Assembly: GCF_006345805.1 (NCBI RefSeq)
Contig: NC_043018.1
Span: 28,086,001-28,150,000 of the forward strand
Length of the DNA: 64,000 nucleotides
Source of the DNA: Octopus sinensis
Lineage: Eukaryota
Direction of reading: 5' to 3'
Below, in pieces: positions 50,664 to 64,000 of this stretch. Numbering within the stretch: the first letter of the stretch is position 1; each line of letters begins with the position of its first letter. Position numbers and translations under genes: made by a program. The notes under the pieces were generated by a model that saw only the letters and a program-made list of their open reading frames with translations, made no database searches and had not been told where the DNA came from.

Positions 50664-53600
50664 CCCATCATCAATGCAGCGAGATGGCACAACCGTTAGC
50701 ATGCCAGGCAAAATGCTTAGCGGCATTTCGTCCATCCTTACGTTCAGAGTTCAATTTCCGCCGAGGTCGACTTTGCCTTTCATCCTTTCGGTATCGGTAA
50801 ATTAAGTACCTGTTGCGTACTGGGGTCGATCTAATCGACAGTTTCCCCGGACCCAACGCTCACCAAATTTCAGGCCCTGTGCCTATAGTGGAAATGATTA
50901 TTATTAAGGCGGCGAGTTGGCAGAACCGTTAGCACACCGAGCAAAACATTTATCGGTATTTCGTCCGTGTCTTGACGTTCTGAGTTCAAATTCTGCCGGG
51001 GCCAACTTTGCCTTTCATCCTTTCAGAAGGTCGATAAATTAAGTACCAGTGAAACACAGGGGTCGATGTAATGATCTAGTTCGCTCCCCACTAATTTGAG
51101 GCCTTGTGCCTCCAGCAGAAACGATTATTATTATTGTTGCTGTTGTTGACAATGGCTCTGTCTCTTGAACCACGTGTCTCAAGGGACTGCACCAAATAAA
51201 TTCAGTCACAGTCAGGTTTCAAATGATTCGTTTATCGATTATTTTGCAAATAAGGCATTTTCATATGCTTTCTTTTATTATTTGCTTCAGCCATTTGACT
51301 GCGGCCGTGCTGGAGCACTGCCTTTTAGTAGAGCAAATCGACTCCGCCGGACTTATTCTTTGTAAGCCTAGTACTTAGTCTATAGGGCTTTTTACCATAC
51401 CACTATGTTACGGGAACGTAGACACACCAGCTTCGGTTATCAAGCGTTATTTGGTGGAGACAAACACAGACACACATACACACACATACTCACACATGCC
51501 CATACACACATACGCACACACACTCATATATATATATATATATGGCGGGCTTCTTTCAGTTTCCGTCTATTAAGTCCACTCATAAGGCTTTGGTTAGCCC
51601 GAGGCAGTAGCAGAAGACACTTGCTCAAGGTGCCACGCTGTGGGACTGTACCCGGGACCATGTGGTTGGTAGACAAGCTACTTACCACACAGCCACTCCT
51701 GTGCCTGTATGACGTGTTAATTGTATCGCAATAGCTAGGGGTAGATGGAAGATTTTGTATGCCAGATCTTCATAGTGTTTTTGTAAAATAACTTCTGCTT
51801 ACATACCAATTCTGTAGGTAGAGGTGATCAGGAGGGTAATGAAAAGACATAGTATGAAACCCCATCGTTGGTACTGAGAGAAAAGCGATAAACTAAGGCG
51901 CAGGCGTGGTTGTGTGGTAAGTAGCTTGCTCACCAGCCACATGGTTCCGAGTTCAGTCCCATTGCCTGGCACCTTGGGCAAGTGTCTGTTTTAAAATTAA
52001 TTTGATGATAAGATAATAGCGTGATCTTAAAAGAGAGTAAAAGGTGTGTGCTATTATTTACATTTAAAAGTACTTTTGATGATGTTTACAGATTAAATCA
52101 TTTATTATCATTATTATTTGGACAACCAAAGCTTGTGAGTAGATTTGATAGACGGAAACTGAAAGAAGCTCGTGGTATATATATATATGTATATATATAT
52201 ACATGTGTGTCTGTGTGATGTGTGTGTGTGCGTGTGTTTGGGTATCTGTGTTTACGTCACTGTTAGTTAGCAGTTCAGCAAAAGAGACCGATTGAATAAG
52301 AACTAGGGTTACAAAGAATAAGTTCTGGGTTCGATTTGTTTGACTTAAGGCGGTGCTCCAGCATAGCCGCAGTCATATGACTGAAACAAGAAAAAGAATC
52401 TTTTCTACTCTAGGTACAGGGCCCAAAATGTTTGGGAAGGAGGCCAGTCAATTAGAACACAGTTAGCAAGTGGTACTTAATTTATCGACCTCGAAAGGAT
52501 GAAAGGCAAAGTCGACCTCGGCGGAATTTGAACTCAGAACGCAAAGACAAAATACCTATTTCTTTACTACCCACAAGGGTCTAAACACAGAGAGGAAAAA
52601 CAAGGACAGACAAATGGATTAAGTCTATTATATCGACCGCAGTGCGTAACTGGTACTCATTTAATCGACCCTGAAAGAAGGAAAGGCAAAGTCGACCTCA
52701 GCGGAATTTGAACTCAGAACGTAGCAGCAGACGAAATACCGCAAAGCATTTCGCCCGGCGTGCTAACGATTCTGCCAACTCGCAGTGGTATTTTGTCCGC
52801 ATTTATATCCCGAGTTCAAATTCCAACCAGGTCGATTTTGCAGTCCATCCTTGTGGGGCGATCGATTTAAAAAGGATCAGCCTAGCACTAGAGTCGATGT
52901 AATCGACTTACACCGGCGCCCACCAAATATCAAGTCTATAAATGAAAAGACCACTACTACTACTACTAGTAGAAAAATTTAACATATACTTACGCCCTTC
53001 TGACACCTATTATCAGTTCACATCCAGGTAAACAATGTATGACAGAAATTTTCGTAAATTTTTATTGCTCTCCGGGAAACCTTCCTCATTCATCACCAAA
53101 GACAAACCGCTATCACTTCTACACTTAAATCGATTCTCACCTGCCAAACTCCAACATCATGAAATTCTTGTAACACACAATAAAGCTAGAGAGCAGATCG
53201 TAACGATAATAAAGTAAACTGTATGACAAAATACTATGCTGTTCGGAAGATCAATATACTTAGATATAACACATCATCATATAAGTTATAAGTTTCACAG
53301 TAATTTTGTTGCGGATAAAAAAAAAAAAAATTACTTTCACTTTCGAATTATCGTTATTTTAGTTTGACGAAACTCTTTAAGGCAGTTCCCTTGCATCGCC
53401 GTCATCCGATAACGAACACAAATAAGTGATTACCGATAAATGATATATCTTTATTTATATACCGAGCTGTAATTCGTCCGTCTTTACGTTCTGAGTTCAA
53501 ATTCCGCCGAGGTCGACCTTGCCTTTCATTTTTTTTTCATGATCAATGAAATAAGTACCAGTTAGGCACTGGGGTCCCAAGTAATCGAATTAATCTCCCT

Positions 53601-55632
53601 TTCCCCCATAAATTTTTGTTCATAGCGCTATTTGAAACCAATATTAGCCGGGGGAACTAGTCGATTAGATCGACCCCAGTACGCAACAGGTACTTAATTT
53701 ACCGATTCCGAAAGGATGAAAGGCAAAGTCGACCTCGGTGGAAATTGAAGGCACGAGCTGGCAGAACCGTTACCATGCCGGTAAAAATACTTAGTAGTGT
53801 TTCGTCCGTCTTCATATTCTGAGTTCAAATTTCGCCGAGGTCGACATTGCCTTTCATGCTTTCCTGAATCAATGAAATCAGTACTACTTGATGTAATCGA
53901 GTTAACAACTCCCCCTCCCCATATTGCAGGCATTGTGCCGAAACTTGAAACCAATGACCGGTGTTGAGGTGTTTACCTCCCCGAAATCGAGCGACTCGGC
54001 AAAAGTGGGCGATAGAATATGTACCAAGCGGGAAATTAAAGTACTAGAGTGTATTTGTTCGTGTGAGATTCTTCTAGACGGTGCTCCAGCATGGCAGCAG
54101 TCTAATCATTGAAACAAGTGATAAAGAAAAACATAAAAACAAAAGATATATAACTCTGTTTCATGGTTTGTCGTTGAATCGCTTGTGCCGTTTACTCATG
54201 GCGGACGAGATGTCGCAATATCATTTCGAGTATTCTTTAATCTTTGTTAGGACCCATACAGTTACGACATATGCATTACTGTCTAAATATGAGAAACGCA
54301 TTACAAGTGTGAGGTGTGAAATTCATGTAATCAGTTGATGTTATGCTAAAGTTCAGAGAATTTATAGTAAAAGATAAAACGAAAGTTTCGTAACAGCAGA
54401 GAAATTAAACAGTAAAATGATACGACAATGAAAAACTCTGAAAGTTAATATGGCTGATAGCATAATAGTAAGAATATCCATTAAATGTAGCTTTATGAAG
54501 CATCAGATAACATCAAGCATAGTTCAGAAATAAGATAGGCATCTTGAGGTAGAATTAAAAGTTAGAGAAATAGCAATGAAAACCCGATGTGATGTAAATA
54601 ACTTTATTAGCCTAATACATCTAGCTGATTAAGCATAATTTATCGCTTCGTCTTATTTTACTTTAGGTCACTGTCTGTGGCTGATATACTTCTTGGTTAT
54701 TGCCTAAAAGGCTTTCATTTTGCTGTTATATTGTATTGACCCAATAGTTTTGGCAACCTATTTGTTTTATTCAAGTTAAAATAAAAGCAGCCTAGCATTC
54801 AGAGTAGAGGCCATTGTGTTGCACCGTCCGAAGTCACCCTTTTTCCTGTTCTTTGATTCAACGTTCATACCGGTTCTTGTCCTTCGAGGAGGCAAAAACT
54901 CCTTCGTTGAAGCTTCCACCACCGCTTGGTTGATGAAACGTCACGAATGCACGAAGTGAGCCATTGATTGGATCCCATTAACAGAGCCCGCGCTGTTGCA
55001 AGAATTCAGACCAGGTCTTTTATGGGTAACATCTCAACTGGTGTTTCGTTTCTTGTTTCCGAATACAGAAATTTATAAAAATGGAAAAATATAGAAAGGT
55101 TTGTAATAACATGGGCACACCTATAATTAAAAATACTACAGGAATTTCTACCATGTTGTAGTGTTTGAATAAGGATTCGAATATGGATTCGAAAAACTCG
55201 CTTTGCAACCGTTTGATTTCGAGTTCAATCCTACAGCATGGCGCCATGGGCAAATGTCTTCTACAATAAACACAGGCCAGGAAATGGCTTTTGGATGAAT
55301 GTGGTAGACAGAAAATTCTATGGTGTCTATCCTCTTGAAATAAAAACTGTTTATCTTCTGTCTGGAATTCAAAAACATGTTTTTGACTCCCAGACAGAAG
55401 ATAAACTGTTTTTACTTCAAAGTTTTATAAATTTTTACTGATATTTGATAAGATGAGATTCATAATTGAAACCGATAATATTTTCTTTATATAATTTTTA
55501 AAATGATTTTATTAAATTCCTTCTTAAATCGAAATACGTTAGATTTACTTCTGTGCTATTTCCATCTCTGTCTTTTATAAGTAAAAGTTCTATTTTCAAA
55601 CATATATATATATTATATATATATATATATAT

Positions 55633-55671
<39 letters not shown>

Positions 55672-55998
55672 ATATATATATATAACATATATATATATAT
55701 ATATAATATATATATATATGTGTGGGTGGGTGTGTGGGTGCGTCTGTGTGTTTCTGTGTGTGTCTGTGTGTGGGTGTGGGTGTCTGTGTCTATATATATA
55801 TAGTCAGTTGAGGTGTGTTCTGTTAAGAACGTATAAGGGTACAAATAGAGCTCGTTCGCCCTTAGAATTCCCAAATAGCCGGTAGTATTCTTATGGTATG
55901 CTACCAATTATTTTCTTATGTATTCCTCGTTTGTGAAAATAGAAAGTAAAAAGTAAAAATTAAAAGAGTCAAAAGGAAGAGTAAGTACGGTTAGGCAG

Positions 55999-58513
55999 CT
56001 TTTTAATCCTTACAAATCTTTCGATACATACGGATCCTCGAATATACAGGATTTAAAGTTGAGTTTAAATTAAATTATGTAACGATTTACCTGTATAAGA
56101 AGATCTAGATCTCCTTAGGCGATACTCAGTTGCTGTCTCCGTAAGTAAATCTAGATTTCCATGCTACAACATCCATGGCTTCTTCTTTGAAACTAACAAA
56201 CGCTGACGGTTTCAATTCGGTCGGTACAAACGGAACATCATGAAAACAGAATCAAAAAGCCGCCAGATAAACATAAGAATAATAAGAATACGATTAACTG
56301 CGCATACCGAAGAAAATCCGTATGTCCGCTACTGAACCAATGTGCTAAAAAGAAAACATAAATACAACAATCAGTAATTGAACACACAAACAACATCTGC
56401 TGGTAGAGAAGAAACAAATCAAAACTACACCGAATTTAACACCAATAACTAACATAAACAACAGATAGACTGCAAAATCTCAACGTAAAAGATGGTAACA
56501 ATATAGTTGAAATATATCATCCAAAAAGGTCCAACAAAACAGATTACCGATTAAACAAAGCCTCGGATACTAGAAATCAAACAGAGCATCATGAACACAG
56601 AATCAAAAGGCTGCCAGATAAACATAAGAATAATAAGAATATGGTTAACTGCACTTGCCGTAGAAAATCCGCATGTCTGCTCCTGAACCAATGTGCTCGA
56701 AAAAACATAGTATATAAATGCATAGTCTACACATCTCAACATAATTACGTATACATAGGTACCACTGAAAACCAATTCAAAGTTTGTTATCGAAACCACA
56801 TCTCGTCATTCCGAAAAATAAATAGACGGCGCACGACCTCGCTGGTAGACATCATATGGAGACTGAAAGTATCAAAAATTAAATACCAAATAGAATGGTA
56901 AAAAAAAAATAATAAAATAAAACGTACATTCAAGTACTTTACTATTCGGTAAATGTGACCTTTGCTTTGATGAAACACGGAGTATTCTGCAGAGTAACGA
57001 AAGTCTAGTGAATAAACATAATGAGAATATTCCAAGATGTAACCACCGTGCCAAATAAATTATAATTATCATTTTATCTCGCTAAACTCATTTTTTACCG
57101 CCTTCGCATATGTATAGGTGTGTGTATTTATGATGGAGCGTTCAACGATATAACTATGTACATGAAAACGAGTAGATAAATGTATAAGCGTCTATGTATA
57201 GCAGTGAGTGTGTTTACTGCTATGTAGGTGAGTATATATATGCATGTGTGTATCTGAATCTATGTACATATATATCTTTATATATAAAAGTGAAGTTGTG
57301 TGTCTGTCTCCTACGATTTAGATTCCTAACTACTCCCACATTTTGTGGTGCAGTTTAACCCAAACCGGGTATCTTATAGTCGTGATTCATATCGAGCCCT
57401 TCTGGGTATTAGCGCGCGTCTACGATGAGTCTACGATTTAAAAAAAAATTTACCATAATTTCTTTCAATTTTAATGCATTTTTTCGCTATTATATAAGGG
57501 AAGTAACTCTCTAAAAATGTCTATGATGAGTCAACGATTTAAAAAACAATTTACCATAATTTTTTTTCCATTTTTAATGCATTTTTTGCTATTTTTTGGT
57601 TTTAACTCTTTAAAAATGCTTATATAGTTATTTCCCTTACAAACCCGAGCAACGCCGGGCGATACTGCTAGTTTTATATATATGCATGCGTGTGTGTACG
57701 TGTTTGCGTGTGAGTGTATGTGTGTGTGTATGTATGGAAACTAGCACATGATATAATCTCGATAATGAAATACATTTTGAAAATATGTAAACTCATTTTG
57801 GAATTTTGAGAGATAATTCGATTTTTCTTTTAAACAATCAGGTGTGATAGCGTGATAAGAAGTTTTCTTCTCAAAGACGTTGTCCAGAGTTCGTATTCCA
57901 CTGAGCGGAACATTGGCTAAGTTTCTTCTACTATCGTCTCCGGCCGACCAAAACCTTGTGAGTGGATTGATTTTATTTGAGGGAAATCAGTTCTCTGTCT
58001 CTCTGTCTCTCTCTGTTTGTCTCTCTCTCTCTCTCTCTGTATATATATATATATATATTAATATATATATATATATATATATACACATCATCACCACCAC
58101 CACGACCAGCATCATGATTTGTTCTTTTATTATGTGTAAGTGATTGTGTAAGTATGAGCTAATGCATGAATGTATTTTGCGTGATGATACAGTTTGGCAT
58201 GTGCAGAATAACCTGTTGAAACTAAATAAATAAACAGACAACGTGCACATTGCAGCTCATGTCGAACCTGAAAACACATTCATACCGACCGAATTGAAAC
58301 CGTCAGCGTTTGTTAGTTTCAAAGAAGAAGCCACGGGTGTTGTAACATGGAAATCTAAATTTACTTACGGAGACAGCAACTGAGTATCGCCTGAGGAGAT
58401 ACATATAGATTTTCTTACACAGGTAAATCGTTACATAATTTAATTTAAACTTAACATTAAATCCTATATATACGAAGATCTGTATGTATCGAAACATTTT
58501 TAGCGATTAAAAG
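55999..58513 (+). mobile_element. Second Penelope-like element region: ~230-bp inverted repeats (55999-56226, 58283-58513) around a GIY-YIG remnant
   Basis: The inverted repeats are evident by direct comparison. 56641-57058 encodes NCTCRRKSAC...NIVYKC...YVYIGTTENQFK..Y.NH.SSF and, after a frameshift in an A-run, KCDLCFDE...LVNKHNENIPRCNHRAK*. Confidence 0.82.
57275..57671 (+). mobile_element. Non-autonomous Helitron nested in the Penelope region
   Basis: A|TCTTTATATATAAAAG 5' end, subterminal hairpin CCCGAGCAACGCCGGG (57644-57659), CTAG|T 3' end, no TSD, internal ~70-bp direct repeat. Confidence 0.85.
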
Positions 58514-58570
58514 TTACCTAACTGTACTTACTCTTCTGTTTGACTATTTTACATTGTACTCTCTCTCTCT

Positions 58571-58620
<50 letters not shown>

Positions 58621-58664
58621 CATTTATATATGTATATACATACATATATATATATATATATTAT

Positions 58665-58723
<59 letters not shown>

Positions 58724-59892
58724 ACAGTGTGTATGTATGTGTGTAAATATATATATGCGTATATATATCTATGCTTATGTATGTGTTTGTGTTCTCGGTG
58801 ATTACTTGCCACCTGGTGCTCGTTTGTTTATATAGCCGCACATTAGCGGTTCGACAATAGAGAACGACTGACTATATACCAGACACAAAGAAGCATATAG
58901 CGTGATCGATTTGTTCGTCTAAACACCTTGACGCAGTGCCAATGTCCAAAGACTGAAGGAAATTAAGATGTAACTATCTAGGAGAGATATATGTGGCAAA
59001 TGGTTTACATTCAAGAATTTAAACATCTATTTTAATAGTTTACATCAAAAAGGCCACGAGCTGACAGAAATGTTAGCACTCGGGCGAAATTCTTAGCGGT
59101 ATTCTGTCTGTCTTTACGTCCTGAGTTCAAATTCCGCCGAGGGCGACTTGCCGTTCATCCTTTCGGGATCGATAAATTAAGTACCAGTTGCTTACTGGGG
59201 TCGATCTAATCGACTGGCTCCTTCCCCAAAAATTTCGGGCCTTGTGCCGAGAATAGAAAATAATATTTCTGTCAGAAACGTTAGCACATAGGGGGGAAAT
59301 ATTTAGCGGCATTTCGCCCGTTTTACGTTCAAATTCCACCAAAATTGACTTTGCGTTTCATCATTTCGGAATCGATAAAATAATTACCATTTGAGTAAGG
59401 AGTCAATGTAATCGACTTACACCCTCCTCTGGAATTGTTAACCTTGTTCCAGAATTTGACAGTATTTTTAAATCGAAAATGAAATATTTTCCGTGAAAAA
59501 TTTTCCGTGTTAAAAGCACTCATCGTGAATCACTTACGATTATCTTGTAAAATAAATTATAAACGCAAGAACAGAAACACAATTTTTGGTTCTTACAACA
59601 GATTAAAGCAAGATAGAGAATCGTTTATCTCATTAGAATGTGTAAGTTTTCTGTAAAACAAGGACGGCAACAGTAGAAGAGAATATCTAAGATTTAGTTC
59701 CTTGGCAACCAACTCACACACAGACGGAACGCAAACACATATACACGCACAAACGCATTCATCCAAACGCAAAAACACGCAGATACACAGAGGCAACAAA
59801 CAAGAAAGGGAATCTCATTCTACTGAATTGTTTCTTATAAACCAACCAACAACCAAACAACCAAACAAACAACCAATGGATGAATCAATCAA

Positions 59893-59937
<45 letters not shown>

Positions 59938-60469
59938 ACATAAGTACAAAACAAGGTGGAATAATATCCATTTATTGAAGCTGCAAAGTTGTCTCAAAAA
60001 GCTGTTACTCAGAGTGTCATGTTTCCGTTTGTCGGACGGTCACAACTGTTCGACGAACAGGGTACGTGAAACTCTGCGTAACAGTTTTTGTGATAATTTG
60101 ACACGTTTAATAAAAGCATATCTCAAATTTTATTTAATTTGCTTTTCGCGGGAAGGAAAGTTTCTATTGAAGATGCGTACCGCCTTCACCTTCGAAACGC
60201 AAAGTAGATGAAACCATGGCAACTGAAGAAGGGGAATTTTCCTTGTGTTATATGTCCTGTAATCTTTTTTTTTGTTTAAGAAAAATGTCCAGTTCCTTGG
60301 TTTTGTGTTTATGTTTTCGTCTCTCATTGTGTTCGACGTTTTTTGGGGTCCTGTACCCATATATGCGTGTATATATACATGTAGAGGTAGGTACGTACAT
60401 ATATGTATGTATATATGCATATTTTATTTCTTTCTTTATTTATTTTATATATATATATATATATATTAA

Positions 60470-60526
<57 letters not shown>

Positions 60527-60586
60527 CATCATCATCATCAATATTATTATTATATGATCGAACGCCACGCATCCTTTTCCGAGTAA

Positions 60587-60648
<62 letters not shown>

Positions 60649-61750
60649 TATATAGTTACCCTGTTTGCTACGCACTAGGATAGAACCAGAGACCACGTGG
60701 CTGCAAATCGAACTTCTTAACACAATCATGCTTCCACCAACTTTGATCTCAGTATATATTTTGATTCATCTTCACATACACATTACCGAAAATATTTCAT
60801 CACACTATTTTAGGTTTTGAATTTTTGTATATTTCTTTAACCCCTCCCCCCAAAATGATCCGAATGATAACGATCACTAATTACCCCCGCTTAGCTTTTT
60901 CTAGCTGTTCATTCATTTCATTCAAAAATCTCCCATACACAACGTGGACAAAAATCTTCATAAGAAAATACTAAATTACAATAATTTCCATATCATGATT
61001 AGCGAAAGCAATCATGTCGACAAACACAATACTCTTTCACTTACGAAATATATAAAAAAATATATCAACACTATATAAAGTGTATGCCTTTTCCTTCTTT
61101 ATTTTATATATATATTTTTTGCATTACAACTTACAACATGAGGATAATCGCAATTCTCTTCTTCCCTTTATCTTACTATATACATGTAGAGGTAGGTACG
61201 TACATACATGTATGTATATATGCATATTTTATTTCTTTATTTATTTAAATATAAACATACATATGTCTGTGTATGTGTGTTGTATGTTTGTGTGTGTATA
61301 CACACACACATACGCGCGCATATTTGTCAAGGAAACGTACTTGTATTTCTCTGTGTGAAACTAACATTGTGATAGCATACCGTAATATTTTTATATCAAA
61401 ACTTTTTTATACGAACCTCTCTTTTTTTATGCGAAAGCAAAATTTAGTATCTTTATTTTCATATCGCTTTATATAGTAAAAGATATTTAATGGGAATATT
61501 CACCTCCTATATTGAAAGATTAAATTTGTTTTACTCAAGCACACACATATATATATATATATATGTATCATTTTCACCTGTTTCAGGATAAAGGGTATGA
61601 CAACGTTAAAGCTCGTATTTTGAATAAATTATTTTTGTTTTCATATATATGAGTGTATATATGCACACACGCGCGCGTGTGAGGTTTTGCATGTGTTCGT
61701 GTGTTTGTATAAGTAAATACTTTTAATGTAATAAATATATTTGTATTTAC

Positions 61751-61782
<32 letters not shown>

Positions 61783-61872
61783 CATATATGCGCATTGTTA
61801 CACATATATATGTATATACTTATTGATCAGACCTCGTATGCATATACATATGTATGTATGTATGTATGTATG

Positions 61873-61906
<34 letters not shown>

Positions 61907-62021
61907 TGTATATATGTATATATATATATATATAGCTGGAATTAGCAACAAACAAAAGAAAAAGACAAGTGTGTAAACAACAAACGGATGTGTTAGCTTA
62001 ACGCTCATGGAGGTGAGACAA

Positions 62022-62059
62022 CCTCTTACGTTTCGAGCTTACGCTCTTCAGCAGAAAGG
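62022..62059 (-). ncRNA. Minimal hammerhead-like motif, same family as 44604-44643 (core CUGCUGA plus extra A)
   Basis: CCTTT CTGCTGA A GAGC-GTAA-GCTC GAAA CG TA AGAGG. Confidence 0.5.
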
Positions 62060-62368
62060 AACACGAGTAAATAAACGACGAGAATAAAAAAGAAAGCTTT
62101 AGTAGTTAGCGGTGGGGTGCGGTTGTGTGTATGTGTATATATGTAGAGAAAGAGCATAAAATGTTAAGATATATGAGAGGTGAATATATTTTCTTCTAAC
62201 CACTTGATATCCGCAGGATTGCGGCCGTTTCTCTGCCATAATCACGTAATAATGAAAAGTTCCAGTGCTCAATCGATTATGTTACATATCTGCACCAATA
62301 TACCTGCTACACATTCCACAGTACATTTGTACAATTACAAATCAATGCAGATGTATAAAGTTTGCCCC

Positions 62369-63025
<657 letters not shown>

Positions 63026-63962
63026 ATAATAATAATAACGATAGTTATTTTTATTGATGAATGGTGAAAGCAGCGTAACGCACGTTGTAACTTAAGTTGT
63101 GCAGATTTATAATATGAAAATAATTAAGATGTTTACTGCTCTTCTACTCTTCTATTTGTTTTAGTCATTTGACAGCGGCCCTGCTGGAGCACCATCTTTA
63201 GTTGAACAAAACTACTCCAAGACCTACTCTTTGTAAGACTAGTAATTTATTCTACCAGTTTCTTTTACCGAACCGCTAAGTTATGGGGACGTGCATACAT
63301 CACTTTATCCTATGTAATACCTCTGATTTTTCTTACTTATTACACCACCCCATATATTATATATATATATATATATATATAGTCATACTTTTCTCACGAA
63401 GCACATAGATCGCATAGAATTGCTCAAGTCAAACCTGGAACGTTAGACAAGTATAATAAATGAAATGGAAATAATTCTAGTCAGGCAAACTATAATGAAC
63501 ACATATGTATACAGATTTAATTAGGAAAAAATTGCCGAAAATAAAGCATATATTATGGAGATGTACATGCATAGTAAATGACCTGATATGAGATCATGTT
63601 CTGAAACAAAAACAATTTCAGCGTGGAAACCATTTAAAAACATACAAAAGTCGTTAGATTCACTTCAACATTTAAATTCAATTTGTAAAAATATTTTGCC
63701 GCTTTGAAACCGCGATCTGTTCACTAACAAAACTCTGTGTTGCACGGAATTTCGAAAAGTGATGATGTAACTCTTCAATGTTGTAAAACAAAAATTTGTC
63801 AGGATAAAACATAAGAGTTAACAACTGTCAAACTTAGTGCATAAGAAAATCAACCAATTCATTCTTAATGACCCGATACATACATACATACATATATATA
63901 CATACATACATAATACATACATACATACATACATACATACATACATAACATACATACATACA

Positions 63963-63996
<34 letters not shown>

Positions 63997-64000
63997 ATAT

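Noticed and set aside
60371-61246. ~70-bp direct repeat (60371-60446 and 61179-61246) as LTRs
   Set aside because: Low-complexity, no TG...CA ends, no PBS/PPT or TSD; most likely a small local duplication.

Overview
Eukaryotic, AT-rich, microsatellite- and SINE-saturated animal DNA. The repeat landscape suggests an octopus-like cephalopod, but this is an inference and was not searched. The only host gene I can support is the 3' part of a six-domain ceruloplasmin/hephaestin-family multicopper oxidase on the + strand. It has 7 coding exons (4349-30115) with GT-AG junctions whose phases all match, giving 686 codons including the stop; domains 1-2 lie upstream of the window. All copper ligands visible in domains 4 and 6 are intact and there is no C-terminal membrane anchor. 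However, four of the seven visible residues aligning to ceruloplasmin's Fe(II) sites are non-conservatively replaced, and there is a His-rich linker, so it may not be a ferroxidase. The rest of the window is mobile and repetitive DNA: three Penelope-like (GIY-YIG) remnants, R4/Dong-type and RTE-type LINE fragments, an (AAT)n-targeted non-autonomous element, at least three tRNA-derived SINE families, an 8-bp-TSD MITE family, a Helitron, a 1.5-kb tandem duplication, a 76-bp minisatellite with a 304-bp higher-order repeat, and several fold-back palindromes. The most notable non-coding signals are (i) a set of minimal type I hammerhead ribozyme motifs with palindromic stem III and variant cores, the best of them sense-oriented 0.7 kb past the oxidase stop codon, and (ii) a 3.1-kb composite transposon-like unit bounded by outer MITE ends and a perfect 8-bp TSD.
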